DNA from: Octopus sinensis
Taxonomy: Eukaryota
Assembly: GCF_006345805.1 (NCBI RefSeq)
Contig: NC_043000.1
Location: forward strand, 126,852,001-126,916,000
DNA length: 64,000 bases
Direction of reading: 5' to 3'
The notes beneath the pieces were generated by a model. It ran no database searches. It was not told the DNA's origin and was given only the letters and a program-made list of their open reading frames with translations. Positions 53,166 through 64,000 of this stretch are shown here, in pieces (within the stretch, counting starts at the first letter, position 1; every line of letters begins with the position of its first letter). The translations under genes and the position numbers were made by a program.

Positions 53166-56100
53166 CTATACAAAGCCACTCCACCACAGAAATTTGGAAC
53201 TTATGAAATTAAAGTTTTATATTACTCAGAACATATGAAACAGGGGCAAGCTAAAAATCTGAAAACAAGCATGGATGTGCAGGACAAACTTAGGAAAATA
53301 CCTTAAACAGACAAAGGGTTAAAATTGCTGACCTTGTACCAAAATTTGAAATGATGTTTGTTGAGGGCAGTAGTTTGGCAGAATTGTTGGTGTTGGACAA
53401 AATGCTTTGTGAGTTTTTAGTTATGGCTCTTTATGTTCTGAGTTCAAACCCCACTGAAGTATATACTTTGCTGTTCATCCTTCTGAACTCGATAAATACT
53501 GGTAATTAGCCCTTTTACTACCATACTTCAGTTGAGATTTTCTGTGTTTCTTTCAATTAATTTTAAACATAATAGAGAATTTAGTAAAATAACTTAGTTA
53601 TCATTAAGCTAGTGTTAGGAACATAAATTGTGACTAAGGTTTGGTGGAAGATTTTAATTCATAACTTTTGAAAACAAGACATTTGTACTACAGAGCCAGG
53701 TTGGTATCAAAAGTGTTAATCTATTGACTATAGTTTCATTAGTTTATTTGTTTTTATCTTTGGTCTTCCATAATGGCATGGTATTGTTTTATGGCTGGAT
53801 GCCCTATCTGTCACTGAGCCTTACCTGTTTTCCAAGTAAGGGATCTTTTATTCCACATTTTCAAATGTACAAAGCCAGTGAACAAATTGTTGACAGAGGA
53901 AATGGTAACAATATCACTACTTGTAACTCAGTAGCAGCAGCTTTGTTCAAATGCTAGGCATTATTATTGGTTGAGATATTTGACATCTCCCACTCTTAAT
54001 GTCATCCTTATTATCAGAAAAAACAACAACTGGTTGTACTATACACAGACTTATTACATTTAAAAATTGAACTGGAGAGAATTAAGAAGTATTATTTCCA
54101 GGAATAGGACATGTGGTTGTCCAAATATTCAGTTTTCAACATGGTCCAGCTAATATTAATAATAATAAAAATAACAAGCGTTAAGATCCTCCCATTTATA
54201 AAATATTCTTTCAGATATGACCAAATGACCACTACATGACAGACTGGACTATCAGATGTTGTTACACATAGCTGGTCACAAGTGTGCTTAACATTATTTT
54301 AGCGTTCAAATGACACTACCTGGCTCACTAAGCAAGCAAGCCAACATTCACCCCTTACTGGAAGTGGGACTGGAGCAACATGAAATGAAGTGTTCTGTCC
54401 AAGAACACAATGCACCACCCAATCAGAGAATCGAACCAACGATCTAGCTATCATGAATGTAACAGCCTAACAACTAGGCCACACACCTTTCCCTTTCAGA
54501 TATATCCTTCAAAATAATAAAATGGTATTTCAGATATATCCTTCCCAGTCATGAAGTATCTTTTTCAGATATATTCTTTTGTTTATAAAATATCCTTTCT
54601 AATACATCCTTCCCTTTTTACAAAATGTTCTTTCAAATACATCCTTTTCATTTATAAAACAATCTTTCAAATATATCCTTCTTATTTTAAATACTAGTTA
54701 ATATATTTTCAGATAACTCCTTTATGTTTATAAAATGTTGTTGGATGCAATAAAAGAATAAAATAACAAAAACAACAAAACAAAACAAAACCAGTTATTC
54801 AGAAAATTCTCCCTAAGCTTTAGCGAGAAAATGCAAAATGTAATTGAAAATGCGTGAAAAGAAGATTGTATTCGGCATTGTTTATGAAAAGACAATTACT
54901 GGATACCAACTTCTGTGTTTTATAATTATGAATACGCTGAAGAACACAAGGAGTTTTGAATTTGGATTCCTCAGCATGCTGTTTGTTCTGGCTGTAAGGA
55001 ACGAGAAGACATTCATAGACAAACAAACAAAAACACACACATATATACACATCTCTGCATCAACACAAACCCACATGTCATATGCATATATAAGTATACA
55101 TATACATATATTCAATAAGCTAGACTCATATGGATACTTGCATGCATATTAGTATGGAGATCCTGTGTTTTCTAGCTAAACTCAGAATTATTTCGCTTGG
55201 CACCTTGTTAAATTAGATATTGCAATCAGCATGATGTTTAGCTTCAGTTCCACTGTATATTCTGTGTTCTGTAAATTATTCACCTTATCCACATTTTCAG
55301 GTGAATTATCTACTGAATAGATCTGGTGCTGTTTATAATGGCAATCTGAAAATGGAACATCACTTGTTGCTAGACACCCTACTAAACTATAAATACATTT
55401 GACATAAGAATCCATCGAGTGTGTGTATGTTAGAGAGCAAACAGATGATACATGTGTATGTGTGTAGGTAAGCCTATATGAATACATGTGTATCCTGTTC
55501 ATAGAATATTACATTTTATTTTGGCATCTTGCTTAACATGATGCTAGCTTGAATATAACACTTAATACTTTCCAATAGGTTTGTGAATGCTCTGGAGTTT
55601 TTTCAGTTGTTATTATTTCTTAAATTCCTCCCTCCTGCAGACAATTTCTGATCAATCTAACTTACGATTGAAGGTGTTCTTAGCCTTTGTAAACATCATT
55701 CCGTTTAGAGTATACTATAGAATACATATTTGATGTGTTCTTCAATTTAAACAATAGGGTATATTTTGAAGGAGAATTGACTGCTATTTCTAGCATTGGC
55801 TTCATTGTTTCTAATTTCTGTCGCTAAGTGGAAATGGAACCCATAAATTTTTGAATGTGAAGGATGTAAGTCTTGTGATATTCATACATTTTCTGACAGT
55901 AACTGCAATGGATGAAATCATTTCAGCCAAAAACTGGTTCTGCTTCTTTTGATGAACGATACTCAGAGCATATGTGTGTGTGTGTTTGTGTGTGCATGCA
56001 TGTGTGTAAGTGTGTGTGTATCATTCATAAATATATTTTCTAAATTGTGTGTGTGTATGCCAGAATGGAAAACAAACATTAAATGATGATATATATATAC

Positions 56101-56203
56101 ACACACATATATATACATATAAATAAGGATAAGATTGTTATTTAAATACCAATCTTATCAGGTGGCCAGCTTGGGAATAAAAACCTACAAAGGTAATAAT
56201 TAT

Positions 56204-56610
56204 TATTAAAATTATAATTTAGGGATCTAAGAGATACCACCATGCTGGAAATAGCAGCCAAAACTTGACTCTAAAACTGGTCATGTGCATACGTGCATAT
56301 GTGTGTATGTATACATTTGTATATATAGTATTTGTATGTTGTATGTATATATATCTGTATTTATGTGTATATCTGAGTATATTTATGTGTATATCTGAGT
56401 ATATTCCACTGATGAAGGCAGAACATTTCTTATGCAGAGCCAGAAATCCATGATCTGGAATTATCCAGTAACTGTTTTGCTAGTTTATTTTGTCTCTTTG
56501 TCTTCTCTCCTGGTGCCGTATGAACATTTAATGTGGTTTTAGAGTCAAGTTTTGGCTGCTATTTCCAGCATAGTGGTATCTCTTAGATACCCTAAATTAT
56601 AATTTTAATA
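56204..56610. mobile_element. MITE with ~75-bp terminal inverted repeats
   Basis: 56204-56277 versus 56536-56610 differ by 1 mismatch and 1 indel; 258-bp spacer; AT-rich flanks. Confidence 0.8.
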
Positions 56611-56613
56611 TGA

Positions 56614-56654
<41 letters not shown>

Positions 56655-56655
<1 letters not shown>

Positions 56656-56860
56656 GAGGTGTGTGGTTTAGTGGTTAGGGTGTTGGACTTATGATTGTAA
56701 GATTGTGTTTCAATTCCTGGACTGGGTGACACAATGTGTTCTTAAGCAAAACACTTCATTTCACACTGCTCCAGTCCACTCAGCTGGCTAATATGAGTAA
56801 TCCTGCAACAGGCTGGTGTCCCATCCAAGCAGGAAATATATATGCCATGGAAACCAGAAC
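56655..56860 (+). mobile_element. SINE family D
   Basis: TGTGGTTTAGTGGTTAGG...TTCAATTCC...CTTAAGCAAAACACTTCATTTCAC. Confidence 0.7.
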
Positions 56861-57080
56861 CCAGCTTTATTACTCTAAATGACTCAGGCAGGATCTCTCT
56901 CACTATATATCATCATCACTTTAATGTCAACTTCCCATGCTTACATGGGTCAAATAAGACCACACTGGAGCATAGTTTCCCACTGTTTGATGCTGTTCTT
57001 GATGCCTTCTGTAGCCATGCTTACGGCTACATGCAACGATTTAAACAAACTTCATAAAACTAGAATAAATTTGTACTTGC

Positions 57081-57188
57081 CTTCATTTGTTCAATCATCA
57101 TATCATAGGAACTTCCTTTGTCTGAAGCTGGAACATTATCATTACTTTGAATGGTGACCAACTCTGTCCGAAGTTTGCTCATAATTTC
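57081..57188 (-). CDS. SYNE1: Exon 3 (108 nt, 0-0) EIMSKLRTEL...MIEQMK, with GC donor
   Basis: ctgttgcag acceptor; 36 open codons; AAG|GCAAGT donor; in frame with both neighbours; too short for the ORF track. Confidence 0.75.
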
Positions 57189-58234
57189 CTGCAACAGAAA
57201 GAGAAAGACTGATTACAGAAGCTAAAAGTTCACATTACCATTAAGTAGGCTTTTGAAGTATGTGAAACAAGAATCAGAAAATGTATTGAGAGAGAGAGGG
57301 GGAGAGGGAGAAGAGAGAGACAGAGAGAGGCAGACAGACAGAAAGAAAGCAATAAATAAATGTTGTTCCTGTATAACCTGGCCCAGCTCTGAACCTATGA
57401 TTCCAGCCATGACCATTCCATTTAATTATGAGATACAGAGTATTTAGGATCATATTATATATGTTCAGCCTTTTTTGGAAAATGGACATTAAACAATGGT
57501 GATGATGATGATCATCATCATTAACTGGTTGTTATATCATTGCAGCTATTTCCATTCAGAACAGGTTTGAACATTTTAACAAATTGTTTTTCTTTTATCT
57601 TTCTTCCAACTTCACTTATGTCATGTAGTTTGTGGAAAAGAAAAATTAGAAATATTTTCTGACCACATATGTCTCTATATGTTCGCTCAACAGTAAATCA
57701 AAATTCCATAAATACTATCTGTAATTCTGTATTGACTCGAATAGAAAAATGTGTCGCTCAAGAAGGATTTCAATTTGAACAATTTTCATGATGCTTCATA
57801 TTTAGTTGCTTTTATTAAATTCATTCAGTTGTTAAATCTTGGAATTAAATGGTTTTGATTTACTGTCAGGAGACTTTTGGCCAACCTTGTATATATACAC
57901 ACACACACACATGATGAACTTCCACACACTTTCCATCAATCAAATTCACTTACAAGGCATTGGTTTGCCTAGGGCTATAGTAGAAGTCACTTGCCCAAGT
58001 GTTGACTGATCCTGCAATCACATGGTTGCAAAGCAGGCTTCTAAACCATACAGCCATGCCTGTGATTAGTGAAGATAAAAATCTTTTGTTGCTCACTAAT
58101 GCAAATATAATTTATCAATGTAGTGTTGTAAGCAACAACATGACCAAAATCTCATGTATTCTCCAGAAAGACACATTAAGTTTGTAACTAGAAGCATAGC
58201 TAAAATGTATTGTTACATCTCAGTAGAGTTATAC

Positions 58235-58615
58235 ATCAACATCGTTTAACGTCCGCTTTCCATGCTAGCATGGCTTGGACGATTTGACTGAGGACTGGCG
58301 AGCCACATGGCTGCACCAGGCTCCAATCTTGATCTGGCAGAGTTTCTACAGTTGGATGCCCTTCCTAACGCCAACCACTCTGAGAATGTAGTGGGGGCTT
58401 TTATGTCCCACCAGCACGAGGGCCAGGTAGGCGGTACTGGCAACGGCCATGCTCAAATGGTGTTTTTTTACATGCCACCTGCACAGGAGCCAGTTCAGCA
58501 GCACTGGCAACGACCTTGCTTGAATGTTTTTTCACGTGCCAGTGAGGTGAGGCTGGTAACAATCACGCTCAAATGGTGCTTTTTATGTGTCACCGGCACG
58601 GAAGCCAGGGGCATA
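58235..58615 (-). mobile_element. RTE LINE 3' UTR fragment
   Basis: Reverse-complement match to 1-352. Confidence 0.8.
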
Positions 58616-58624
58616 GAAATGTCT

Positions 58625-59005
58625 ATGTAGTAAAGAAGCTTGCTTCCCAGGCACATGGTTCCAGGTTCAGTCCTACAGTATGGTACTTTGGGTGAGTATC
58701 TTCTACTATAACCTTGGGTTTGCCAAAGCCTTGTGAGTAGATTTGTTAGACGGAAACTGAAAAGAAGCCTTTCATATATATGTGTATGTGTGTCTTAGAG
58801 CGTGTGTGTGATTGTGTCTGTTTTTCTCACCCCACCCGACCTCTTGACAACTGGTGTTGGTTTTTTTACATCCCTGTAACTTAGCAGTTCAGCAAAAGAC
58901 ACCAATAGGATAAGTACCAGGCTTAAGAAAAGTTAGTACTAGGGTCAATCCATTTGACTAAAAATGCTTCAAGGTGGTGCTCCAGCATGGCCACAGTCTA
59001 ATGAC
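58625..59005 (+). mobile_element. SINE family A
   Basis: Match to the family A consensus seen in this window. Confidence 0.78.
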
Positions 59006-59099
59006 TGAGCAAGTAAAAGATAAACATATTCAGTGAATGCTATTTAGCAATATTTCTTCATTTTTTTCAGAAATGGTTGTCATTTTTCTACATTTTCCC

Positions 59100-59101
59100 C
59101 A

Positions 59102-59154
<53 letters not shown>

Positions 59155-59595
59155 CCTTTCTACTATAGGCACAAGGCCTGAAATTTGTTTGCGTGTGGGG
59201 TGGGGGTGGGAGTAAGTCAATCATATCGACCCTAGTACCTAACTGGTACTTAATTTATTGGCCCTGAAATGATGAAAGACAAAGTCAACCATGGCAGAAT
59301 TTGAACCCTGAACATAAAGACAGATGAAATGTTGCTAAGCATTTCACCCAGCATGGTAACAATTTTGCCAGCTCACCACCTTTATAATAATAATAATAAT
59401 AATATCTTGATATGAGATCACCATGTCGTGCACGCATGGTTGTGATGCATGTGCCCAGTGTACCCTTATCAGACGGGTAGTCATGATGGATATACTGGGC
59501 TTCCTATATTTTACCCTAGTGTTACTTTGATGGCATGCACTGTTCTCTCACTCAATAATGATGATAATAATAATAAGAAGAATAATGATGATGAT
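59100..59595. mobile_element. (AAT)n array hosting a SINE C (59155-59385, minus) and a Dong-like 3' fragment (59404-59553, plus)
   Basis: Three AAT tracts separated by two recognisable elements. Confidence 0.75.
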
Positions 59596-59988
59596 GAGCT
59601 TATTGTATAATAATATTCAGGGGCAATGTGACCCATTAGTAAAGGTTAAAGAGGGAATAGAAAGCAGATGTGTAAGTCAAATAAAGAAAGACAGCTATGA
59701 AGGTTAAAAGTACATACACAATACACAGAATAAAACACAAACTGATAGAAAAGTGGACATTAAGAGAGTCATAAAGAGGAAAGGATGCATAGACACGTCA
59801 GGAGTAGTGTTAGTGAATACCGAGAAGCATGGAATTTTTTTTGAAGGATGCAATGTCCTGACAGCTAATAACTGACAACAGTTTTTTTTTTATTCCTTTC
59901 TTTGACAATTCTGAGTGTGATAAAATGTTCCTGAACATGATTTTAGATCGCAATCTTTGCAAAACAAATTTAAATAAAATGTAATTAC

Positions 59989-60192
59989 CTCATATTTCTT
60001 CCACGTTTTCATGTGATCAGCATGAATCTGTATCTGTGAAGTTAGCAAAAGCATACGATCGGTGATAAACATTATGGTTTCATCGGGCAGCATTTGTTCA
60101 TTTGCTGGAAGGGATTTTGTCAGATGCTGAGAAACAGGCATCACTGATGTGTTGAGTTTGTCTTTTAAACTTGTGATACTCTTCAGCATGGT
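59989..60192 (-). CDS. SYNE1: Exon 2 (204 nt, 0-0) TMLKSITS...TWKKYE
   Basis: tttttag acceptor, GAG|GTAATT donor; ORF 59890..60189. Confidence 0.85.
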
Positions 60193-62331
60193 CTAAAAAG
60201 TAGAAAAACAAAATGGAAAAAAAAAAAGAAACGATTAATCCTTAGCATTTCAATGAAATACCCTACGGTTAAACTTCAATCATTTTGATACCAACACACC
60301 TGAGATCACCGTTGATGCTATTATACAAAGTTCCTATTTTAAATTGATTGAAATTAAAACCTTCCATCAAAATTACATGTTAATTAATGTTCCAAGCACT
60401 GGCTTAATAACAACAAAGTTATTTTACTAAATTATCCATTATATCTAAAATTAATTGGAGCAAAAGCCACATTTTTCAATAGAAAATATTTCTATTGATA
60501 ACCAAAAAGGGCCCAAGCCTACAGTTATTAATAGCATCTACATCTGAATAATTAATCTCATAATTATGCATGAAATGGCCTATTTTAGTAGGTGTTGAAT
60601 AATATTACTAATAGTTATTTATCTACAATCACCCCAGCAGCATTTTGAAGGATTTGAGTTCTTCCAAAATGTACACCACTGTGTACATTGGTGTGATGAA
60701 TTATGGCTAGTTATGATGCACAACAAATTGTTATAAGCTTTTTGAAATTAAAATTTCCAAGGACACAATAAAGATGGTTCTTCCTTTAGTCAGCATTTTG
60801 ACAAATGACAACTTGTTCAACTGAATAACACACAATAACTATTGCACACAGCTATTCTGAGATGCATATTCAGTTGTCAATGACAAAGGAAAAAAAACAT
60901 GGTGAGAAAATGAAAAATTTTTTTACAATATTTCAAATTTTAAAACAATTTTTAATAGTTTTTATTATGAATGGAATGTTGAGTACTGTCAGCTGTATTT
61001 TGAAAGGGTTAACAGAAATAAATTGTGGAAATTGCAACAGAAGGAAGAATAAAAATATTTCTGTTATTTCTAAAAGGATTATGCTCTCAGAATATAACAA
61101 ATAAATGTCATGTTAAATGCTGAAAAACTTTCAGAAATATCAAAACTTTTAAACTAATATAAACAAATTAATATTGGTCTTTTATGATGGCAATCTATAA
61201 ACATAATATCTTATAAACTTTCAAGACCTTCAAATTTTAAGAATTATGTAAATATTTATGGGGCTGACACAATGGTAAATTGGTAAAGTGTTCTTATGAG
61301 CTGATAAAATACACAGAAGTACACATAAATACATACATAAACACAATTATTAATCTTATAGTTTGGCATAGATTCAACTGATCTACAAATTTACATATTC
61401 ACACCTTGATACATCTTTACAACCATCTTTTCTCTTTCCCAGCTGCGATACCCGTATATCTTCTCCACAGTACGACGCCTATTTATGTCCTTCTATCATG
61501 CATTTTAACTTTTCATCACCTGGCATAAAAACCACCTCCCTAAATACTACACCCCACTCAGTTGAGGGGTTTTGTCTTGCTAGTTACTTGCTGACCTCAT
61601 TATTACCATTGTCACATAAAAAAAAACACCCAGTACACTCTGTAAAGTGGTTGGCATTAGAAAGGGGTATCCAACCAGAGAAACCATGTCAAAACAGACA
61701 TTCAAATTTGGTGCAGTCTTTTGGCATGCCAGCTCCTGTTGAACAGTCCAACTCATGCCAGCATGGAAAACAGACATTAAACGATGAGGATTATGAGCAT
61801 TTAAAGAAGGGCAAGTGTTTTAGCAACTGGATCATCCTCCTCATCATCATTTAACGTCCATTTTCCATGCTGGCATGAGTTGGATGGTTTGACAGGAGCT
61901 GGTAAGCTGCATCAGGTAGTTATCTGTTTTGGAAAGGTTGCTATGGCTGGATGCCCTTCTTAATGTTAAACACTTTACAGAGTATCTAAGAGATACCACC
62001 ACGCTGGAAATAGCAGTCAAAACTTGACTCTAAAGCCACATTAAATGTTCATACAGCACCAGGAGAGAAGACAAAGAGACAAAATAAACTAGCAAAAAAA
62101 ATTTACACTGGGTGTTTTTTACATAGCACCACCACGGGTGCTTTTTACATGGATCTAGTATGGGTGCTTTTTTTATGTGACACCAGCACAGGTGCTTTTT
62201 ACATAGAACCAGCACCAGTGGGGTCACCAAGCACCTTGCAAGACAAAGACTGCTCAGGTTACATTAATTTATTTTAGAAAAATGGAATCTACAATCAACA
62301 ATTAAATTTCCTGGAATGAAAGATAACATAC

Positions 62332-62619
62332 CTCATTTTCTTTCAGTTTCTCTGGTATTCCATTTTTAGGAGGCACAGTAAAGAGATACTGCTCCATTGT
62401 ATCCAACCAATGTGATATAGTCCACAAAGCTTGCTGTTCTTTCTTCTGCAGCTTTTGGTTGGTTGTCACTGACATCTGGTCTTCTGCTGGAAGTTGTTTA
62501 ATCTTCTTCCAACATCCATTCAAATCAGACAAGCATTGTTTGATATGATGTGACTGAAAGGTTGGTTTCTTATCCACAGTAGTTCCAACATTGTACATAT
62601 ACTGTGCTGAGGAGAAATG
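62332..62619 (-). CDS. SYNE1: Nesprin-like exon 1 in window (288 nt, phase 0-0) HFSSAQ...EKLKENE
   Basis: ccacaaacag acceptor, GAG|GTATGT donor; helical, Trp-containing ORF inside 62302..62655. Confidence 0.8.
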
Positions 62620-63779
62620 CTGTTTGTGGAATAGAAAATAAAACCAAACGGACAAAATTAGGATGAGAATAAATGGATTTATGATTCATGAATGAAATAA
62701 ATAAAGTAAGATGGGAGGTAGCAGAAATGATTAGCTTTATGAAAATCCTTCAAATAAGGATTGGCTGTGTGGTTTCTGGTTCAGTCCCACTGCGTGGGTA
62801 GGTTTCTTCTTCTACAACCCCAGGACATCTGACATGTGACCCTGTGAGTGAATTTTGTAGACAAAAATTTTGTGTTTGATCCTACTGCATTGCTTGACAA
62901 CTGGTGTTGGTTTGTTTATGTTACTATAATTTAGCAGTTGGCAAAAAAGACCAAACAAAGTTAAAATGTAAGTATTGAGGGCAATTTGTTCAGCTAAACA
63001 CTTTAAGGCAGTGCCCCAGCATGGTCACAGTGCAATGACTAAAACAAGTAAAAGGTAAAAGATAATATATGCTTTATTTATTTATTGTTTTATTATAATG
63101 TTGCTACTGTATATGGAAATGAATTCACAGAGTCATTAAAGTGTTGGATGGAATGCCGGTTGTTCTGACACTCTGGGTTCAAATCCTGCTGTGGTCAACT
63201 TTACCTTTTATCCTTTCAGGGTAGATAAATCAGTAGCAGTCTAGTGGGGTGGATTAGTGGGACTGTAAGAATGTCAGACTGGATGCTTCCTAGTATTTTT
63301 TTTCTGGCTCTTGGCAGTCTGAGTTCAATTCTGCCAAGGTATCTAAAAAGCACATTTATCAACCTGCAGGCCCAGTGTGGTGATGTATGACAAATCCTCA
63401 AAACAAATACTTGCACCAAATGGATGATGTTGGGAGGAGTGAAGAGAGAAGAGTCCCTCCCGCTGGATGGACATGTACCCTGGTGAGTGAATGAATGAAT
63501 GAATGAATGCTACATAGCCAAGTGGTTAAGGTGTCACACACATGATCACAAGATCATGGTTTCGATTCCTGGACCTGGTGGTGCATGGTAACCTTATGCA
63601 AAACATTTCACTCCACATTGCTCTGTAATTGCCTTGACATCTGATATGTGGCACACCATGCACCTGTACAGGCAGTGGCAATTTAATGGAGATGGTGAGC
63701 TCATGAACAACACAAACATTTGGTCACTATAAAGAAATCATCTATGAAGGTTGTTTAGCAAGAAATTGCAGAGCCCTCA

Positions 63780-64000
63780 TTTGTTGTTTCCCATGCGGGT
63801 GGCACATAAAAAGCACCATCCAAACATGGCCGATGCCAGTGCCACCTTGACTGGCTTCCGTGCTGGTGGTACGTAAAAAGCACCAACCAATCGTAGCCAT
63901 TGCCAGCCTCCTCTGGCCCCTGTGCCAGTGGCACGTAAAAAGCACCCACTACACTCATGAAGTGGTTGGCATTAGGAAGGGCATCCAGCTGTAGAAACAC
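63780..64000 (+). mobile_element. RTE LINE 3' UTR, cut by the window end
   Basis: Tandem GGCACGTAAAAAGCACC units followed by GTGGTTGGCATTAGGAAGGGCATCCAGCTGTAG. Confidence 0.8.

Larger units (their letters stand above)
20455..62619 (-). other. SYNE1: Internal part of a giant spectrin-repeat gene, nesprin-1/Msp300-like; 16 exons, 1492 codons in window, continuing beyond both ends
   Basis: Exons join in frame with AG/GT(GC) boundaries. Motifs LDSLNELGYR, FTEKCSLWMAYLAQIENELAVEIQGN, KQQILHAIIADGQ, ENKQLTLDFVN and IETMLEKLK resemble, from memory, human nesprin-1 (LDRLNELGYR, FLEKCETWMEFLVQTEQKLAVEISGN, RQQILHSIIIDGQ, NCKQLTVDFVN, IEEMIEKLK) in the same order. No database search was run. Confidence 0.85.

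Noticed and set aside
20455-62619. Dystrophin, spectrin or MACF1 identity
   Set aside because: The recalled motif order fits the nesprin-1 C-terminal rod; no WW/ZZ, EF-hand/GAR or PH domains are seen. A BLASTP search would settle this.

Overview
AT-rich eukaryotic genomic DNA whose repeat content (tRNA-derived SINEs, RTE and CR1 LINE relics, dense microsatellites) points to an octopus or related coleoid; the species is inferred, not proven. The window lies inside one giant minus-strand gene. I assembled 16 exons by hand (62619 down to 20455, 4476 nt, 1492 codons) with compatible phases and no stops. They encode tandem spectrin repeats resembling, from recall, the C-terminal rod of vertebrate nesprin-1 (SYNE1/Msp300/ANC-1 family). 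Neither the N-terminus nor the KASH end is in the window, and no further spectrin exon was found in 1-20454. One intron has a GC donor. Introns are filled with SINEs, LINE 3' ends, MITE-like foldbacks and tandem repeats. Main leads: several long dsRNA-forming inverted repeats near coding exons (candidate ADAR substrates), an (AAT)n-embedded retroelement resembling Dong/R4, a 24-bp/161-bp higher-order minisatellite giving a Cys-rich ORF, and candidate cassette micro-exons behind the GC donor. No prokaryotic features, CRISPR arrays or intact RNA genes are present.
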